Of a stretch of DNA of 23,234 nucleotides, positions 19,102-23,234 are shown piece by piece (position 1 is the first letter of the stretch; each line of letters starts with the position of its first letter). The stretch lies in UHGV virus genome UHGV-0125203, one strand, 5' to 3'. The notes under the pieces are model-generated. The model did no database searches, was not told the DNA's origin, and saw nothing but the letters and a program-made list of their open reading frames with translations. The position numbers were made by a program, and so were the translations under genes. Source of the DNA: a virus.

Positions 19102-20259
19102 TTACTCCACCTTTTCATCAATCCAATCTGCCCACCACTGCATCATTTCTCTGCGCTTATCGAGATACTGTGCATGGTTGTAAATCCCACGCACAGATCC
19201 GCCGTTGGCATGTGCCAGTTGCACTTCAATGGCGTCGGCAGGCCATTCGTGCTCGTTCATAATCGTGCTGAATTCATGCCTGAATCCGTGACCGCTTTCC
19301 AGACCTTCATAGCCGATTTGTTTAATCACAAGCAGTACCGCGTTCTCGCAGATTGGCTTCTTCTTATCGTTGCGCCCGGCAAAAACAAACTCTGATACTG
19401 GTTTGGTGATTGAGCTTAGCGTAGTGAGAAGTTCAACCACCTGGTCTGACATCGGCACTACATGAATCTTGCGGCCCTTCATCACACTGGCGTCGATGGT
19501 GATAATCCTGTTTTCAAAATCGACGTTCTTCCATAGCATGGAACGAAGCTCTTTCGTTCTTAGGGCTGTGTAGCGTAAAACCTTGGTGGCAATGAGCGAT
19601 ACGATACTTCCTGAAAATGTTGCCAGTGCTTTGTTAAATGCCGTGATCTGGTCTGCAGGAAGAAACGGGAAGTTCTTCTTGCGGTATCCCTTCATGGCGT
19701 CAGCAAGGTCAGGTGCTGGGTTATATTTAGCCCTGCCGGTGACAATAGCGTAACGGAAAACCTCTCCGCATCTTCTGCGGGCTTTATTGGCTCTCTCCAT
19801 TGCCCCGCGCTCTTCAAATCTGCGGATTACTTCCAGCAGTTGCATCGGCTCAATATCTTGAATTTCAAGGCCGCCGATGATAGGTAAAATGTCGTCATCA
19901 AACATTCTGGCAAGTTCAGTAGCATAACCTACAGACCAGACTTGCTTCTTGTGCTCGTACCATTCCTTGTAAATGGCGCTAAAGGAATTGTTGTTAGACG
20001 AAGCCTTTTTTGCTTTTACCGGATCGATGCCAACCGAGATGTCTTTCCTCGCAGTCCATGCTTTATCCCTTGCCTCCTGCAAAGTCATAAGCGGATATTT
20101 TCCGACGGTCAGGATTTTCTCCTTACCGTCAATCTTGTAGCGAAGCTGCCATACCTTTTTCCCTGATACAGGGACATAAAGGTACAGGCCATTACCATCG
20201 AGAAGGCGGTATGGTTTTTCTTTCGGCTTTGCTGCTTCAATCTGCTTAACGGTGAGCAT
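19102..20259 (-). CDS. intS: Tyrosine integrase, P4 type (IntS-like)
   Basis: Sequence from MLTVKQIEAAKPKEKPYRLLDGNGLYLYVPVSGKKVWQLRYK... onward matches recalled E. coli CPS-53/KpLE1 IntS; 5' end lies about 160 bp from the tRNA-Arg gene. The track ORF starts at a GTG at 20295; ATG at 20259 is preferred. Confidence 0.92.
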   Translation of the reverse strand: MLTVKQIEAAKPKEKPYRLLDGNGLYLYVPVSGKKVWQLRYKIDGKEKILTVGKYPLMTLQEARDKAWTARKDISVGIDPVKAKKASSNNNSFSAIYKEWYEHKKQVWSVGYATELARMFDDDILPIIGGLEIQDIEPMQLLEVIRRFEERGAMERANKARRRCGEVFRYAIVTGRAKYNPAPDLADAMKGYRKKNFPFLPADQITAFNKALATFSGSIVSLIATKVLRYTALRTKELRSMLWKNVDFENRIITIDASVMKGRKIHVVPMSDQVVELLTTLSSITKPVSEFVFAGRNDKKKPICENAVLLVIKQIGYEGLESGHGFRHEFSTIMNEHEWPADAIEVQLAHANGGSVRGIYNHAQYLDKRREMMQWWADWIDEKVE

Positions 20260-20420
20260 GGGTAAAAATCCGGTGGGTAAAATTATTTTATCCACTTTTT
20301 ACCCGTCATGGAGTGCGGCTGTCAACGATCTGACGCGAACCATTACGAACTGTGCATCTACAGAAGGCTTGATATTCAGGGGATTTTGCGGACTGGTACG
20401 GATGGGAGCGAACTGATAAA

Positions 20421-20495
20421 TGGTGTCCCCTGCAGGAATCGAACCTGCAATTAGCCCTTAGGAGGGGCTCGTTATATCCATTTAACTAAGAGGAC
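20421..20495 (-). tRNA. argW: tRNA-Arg (CCU anticodon; argW-type), prophage attachment site
   Basis: Reverse complement reads GTCCTCTTAGTTAAATGGATATAACGAGCCCCTCCTAAGGGCTAATTGCAGGTTCGATTCCTGCAGGGGACACCA (75 nt), with anticodon-loop CUCCUAA, T-loop GGTTCGATTCC and 3' CCA. Confidence 0.93.
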
Positions 20496-20570
20496 AATGC
20501 GGCATGAGTATACCCGCTAATGGACTGCGGGGTAAGTACGCTGCCGCTCGATTGCTTAAACCCTCGCCAT

Positions 20571-21503
20571 TTATGCCGGGTTTTTATCATTTTTCTTAAT
20601 GTTTTCCGCACGTTCTGCTTTTTGGCGTGCTTCTGCTTTGCGCTTGTTGCTCATGTCGTTACGAATCTGTGCATGACTCATTAACGCGAAGATAAAGGTG
20701 CCGCCGCAGATGTTCCCCGCTAAAGTAGGTAGTGCGAAGGGCCAGATGAAATCGCTCCAGTGCAGCGTACCGTTAAACACCAGATAGAGGATTTCAACAG
20801 AACCGACAACGATGTGAGTGGTGTCACCCAGGGCAATAAGCCAGGTCATCAATATAATCACCACAATCTTTGCCGCACCCGCTGCAGGAAACATCCATAC
20901 CATAGTGGCGATCAGCCAGCCGGAAATGATCGCGTTGGCAAACATCTCGCTGGGGGTGTTCTTCATCACATCCATGCCGATTTTGACAAATGCATCGCGA
21001 GTTTCTTCATTGAAGATTGGCATATATTCAAATGCCCACGCCGCAATACCTGTCCCGAGAATATTACCCAGCAGCACGACGCCCCATAACCGTATAAGTA
21101 AGCCGACGTTGCTCATTGTCGGTTTTTGCATGACGGGTAGTACCGCAGTCACGGTATTTTCGGTAAATAATTGCTGGCGGGCCATAATGACGATAATAAA
21201 ACCAAAGGTATAACCGAGATTCTCCAGCAAGAAGCTGCCCGGCACACCTTCCAGTTCGACTTGAAATATCCCTTTTGCCAGTAACGAAGCGCCCATCGAC
21301 AGACCCGCCGCAATGGCTGACCACAGTAGCGCCATTGCGTCGCGTTCCAGCTCTTTTTCACCATCCTGGCGGATATGCTCATGAATTGCCATCGCCCGGG
21401 AGGGGAGTCGATCTTCATCTATTTCTATTTTTTTGCCGCGCTCTTTTTCTTCGCTCTCAACTTCAATTTCGTCGCTGTGTTGATCAATTTTGTCGTTGTC
21501 CAT
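20571..21503 (-). CDS. yfdC: Formate/nitrite transporter family inner-membrane protein YfdC (host gene)
   Basis: 310 aa, multiple hydrophobic helices, acidic N-terminus; size and position next to argW and mlaA match the E. coli yfdC locus. Confidence 0.85.
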   Translation of the reverse strand: MDNDKIDQHSDEIEVESEEKERGKKIEIDEDRLPSRAMAIHEHIRQDGEKELERDAMALLWSAIAAGLSMGASLLAKGIFQVELEGVPGSFLLENLGYTFGFIIVIMARQQLFTENTVTAVLPVMQKPTMSNVGLLIRLWGVVLLGNILGTGIAAWAFEYMPIFNEETRDAFVKIGMDVMKNTPSEMFANAIISGWLIATMVWMFPAAGAAKIVVIILMTWLIALGDTTHIVVGSVEILYLVFNGTLHWSDFIWPFALPTLAGNICGGTFIFALMSHAQIRNDMSNKRKAEARQKAERAENIKKNDKNPA

Positions 21504-21796
21504 GGTCTCTTCTCTTGAATTAGCACGTATAGCTAAAGCGTAGCGGCTTTTTTGCTCGCAACTGACGGGAGTTACTCTGAAAATGTAGAAAAGGCTGCGT
21601 TTGCCTTTTTCTGTTTCTATAGAATCAAGTAGCCTACAGGGCGGCGATTACCAGGCTATGATCAAATCAGCAAATCAGGGCGTCTGGACATCAGTTGACG
21701 TGCTGTTACAATCGCCCACACCTAAACAGGCGGATACGGTATCGTTCCGTCATGGATGGCAAACTGCATAAGCCATAAAAAAACAGGGAGACATTT

Positions 21797-22552
21797 ATGA
21801 AGCTTCGCCTGTCGGCGCTTGCTCTGGGAACTACGCTTCTGGTGGGGTGTGCGAGTTCCGGTACAGATCAGCAAGGGCGTTCTGACCCGTTAGAAGGGTT
21901 CAACCGCACCATGTACAACTTCAACTTCAATGTATTAGACCCGTATATTGTTCGACCGGTCGCTGTCGCCTGGCGTGATTATGTTCCGCAACCGGCGCGT
22001 AACGGTTTGAGCAACTTTACTGGCAACCTTGAAGAACCTGCGGTGATGGTTAACTACTTCTTGCAGGGCGACCCTTATCAGGGGATGGTCCACTTTACCC
22101 GCTTTTTCCTGAACACCATTTTGGGGATGGGCGGCTTTATTGATGTTGCAGGGATGGCGAACCCGAAACTGCAACGGACTGAACCTCACCGCTTCGGTAG
22201 TACGCTTGGTCATTATGGCGTGGGTTATGGGCCTTACGTCCAGTTACCGTTCTACGGTAGCTTCACGCTGCGTGATGACGGTGGTGATATGGCGGATGGT
22301 CTTTACCCGGTTCTTTCCTGGCTGACCTGGCCGATGTCTGTGGGTAAATGGACGCTTGAAGGGATCGAAACCCGCGCACAGCTGCTGGATTCCGATGGTC
22401 TGCTGCGTCAGTCGTCCGATCCTTATATTATGGTGCGCGAAGCGTACTTCCAGCGTCATGATTTCATCGCTAATGGCGGCGAACTCAAACCGCAGGAAAA
22501 TCCGAACGCGCAAGCGATTCAGGATGATTTAAAAGATATCGATTCTGAATAA
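21797..22552 (+). CDS. mlaA: Outer-membrane lipoprotein MlaA (VacJ), phospholipid asymmetry maintenance (host gene)
   Basis: 251 aa starting MKLRLSALALGTTLLVGCASSG (lipobox); sequence matches recalled E. coli MlaA/VacJ; conserved neighbour of yfdC and argW. Confidence 0.92.
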   Translation: MKLRLSALALGTTLLVGCASSGTDQQGRSDPLEGFNRTMYNFNFNVLDPYIVRPVAVAWRDYVPQPARNGLSNFTGNLEEPAVMVNYFLQGDPYQGMVHFTRFFLNTILGMGGFIDVAGMANPKLQRTEPHRFGSTLGHYGVGYGPYVQLPFYGSFTLRDDGGDMADGLYPVLSWLTWPMSVGKWTLEGIETRAQLLDSDGLLRQSSDPYIMVREAYFQRHDFIANGGELKPQENPNAQAIQDDLKDIDSE

Positions 22553-22565
22553 GAAACAAATAAAA

Positions 22566-22594
22566 AAGGTGAGTCACAAAACTCACCTTTTTTG
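22566..22594 (+). terminator. Rho-independent terminator downstream of mlaA
   Basis: 9-bp perfect stem AAGGTGAGT (22566-22574) / ACTCACCTT (22581-22589), 6-nt loop, then T-run to 22594; A-run upstream makes it potentially bidirectional. Confidence 0.8.
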
Positions 22595-22733
22595 TTGTTA
22601 TCCCTCAATTACCCCAAGTAAAAGAAGATAAACCGACAATGACCTGAACATAATTATGTAAAAATACTGATGTTCGTCACTGACTATTTCCGATATTCAG
22701 GCGTTGAAAAATCAAAAAACTGGAAAAATAATT

Positions 22734-23234
22734 TTAAATATCATCAAAATTAACACCTGGCGCAGATAGTTGATTAATTTCATTTTGATATTTCGCCTGG
22801 CGATTTTGAAGTCTTTTTTCAACGTTATCTTCGAGATCCTTAAAGTCTTTGTATTTATTTTCAGGATGGTCAACGTCAACTTTGTTAGCGAATAAATTAG
22901 AAATTATTTCTTTTACATTATCGCGTCTAAATTTTGCATCGTCCACTTGAAAATTATATCTTATTGCTCGACCTAAACGTTTAAAAACTTCGTTTGGCTC
23001 TCTCAGTCTTTCCCCGTTGAGCTCGTTTACAACCTGATGATCGGAACCTGTTGCAAATGATTCTGCCATGATAGCTTTACTGCTTTCAAACCACGCTGAA
23101 GCATTCCTGGCTTTTTCACTACAATATTGGGTGAGACTATCACCATTAATACGAATTCCTCTTTGAATGTGGTAGTCGTCCTGATCGTAGTAACCGAGAG
23201 ATAAGTAATCATTTCCGTTTTTATTTTTAATTAC
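22734..23234 (-). CDS. 3' part of an AT-rich host-flank gene, 5' end beyond the window (possibly yfdF-like by synteny)
   Basis: Hand translation shows the minus-strand frame of the 111-aa track ORF stays open from 23069 to the window edge, so the gene is truncated by the window rather than starting at 23069. Convergent with mlaA; the yfdF assignment is from recalled K-12 gene order only. Confidence 0.5.
   Translation of the reverse strand, partial: VIKNKNGNDYLSLGYYDQDDYHIQRGIRINGDSLTQYCSEKARNASAWFESSKAIMAESFATGSDHQVVNELNGERLREPNEVFKRLGRAIRYNFQVDDAKFRRDNVKEIISNLFANKVDVDHPENKYKDFKDLEDNVEKRLQNRQAKYQNEINQLSAPGVNFDDI

Noticed and set aside
18918-19121. 67-aa minus-strand ORF overlapping the 3' end of the integrase region
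   Set aside because: Ser/Thr-rich low-complexity translation, no RBS, partly overlaps the integrase stop; more likely the antisense of a decayed plus-strand frame.
19096-20166. Plus-strand ORFs (99 and 74 aa) inside the integrase gene
   Set aside because: Antisense to a confidently identified integrase; no independent evidence.
20760-21523. Plus-strand ORFs (109, 131 and 82 aa) and minus-strand ORFs (86 and 89 aa) overlapping yfdC
   Set aside because: All overlap a confidently recognised host gene in other frames; typical of GC-rich membrane-protein genes.
23027-23212. 61-aa minus-strand ORF at the window edge
   Set aside because: Lies in a different frame from the open frame that continues from 22734 to the window end; the latter is the better candidate for the real gene.

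Overview
The window holds about 20.4 kb of a P22-like (Sf6-subgroup) podovirus prophage, ending at a tRNA-Arg (argW-type) integration site, plus about 2.8 kb of E. coli-type host flank (yfdC, mlaA, and the 3' part of an AT-rich gene running off the window). Protein identifications are from recalled family knowledge and gene order, not from any search. The prophage part reads left to right as: a Rha-family regulator, a Gp49-like protein, a small ORF, small and large terminase, portal, scaffold, coat, gp4/gp10/gp26-like tail accessory and needle genes, gp14/gp7/gp20/gp16-like ejection proteins, a moron island with two divergent lipoprotein genes and an mnt repressor, a mosaic tailspike with a small linked ORF, and a P4-type (IntS-like) integrase next to the tRNA. 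The structural genes look intact, with overlapping or tightly spaced junctions. No CRISPR array, rRNA or IS element was seen. The three observations most worth follow-up are: (1) a tailspike whose P22-type head-binding domain is fused to an AT-rich, non-P22 receptor-binding domain with a linked 61-aa ORF; (2) an orphan Mnt repressor and Mnt-operator-like palindrome directly upstream of the tailspike, with arc and ant absent; (3) the divergent lipoprotein pair in the position where P22 carries sieA, as superinfection-exclusion or host-modification candidates.
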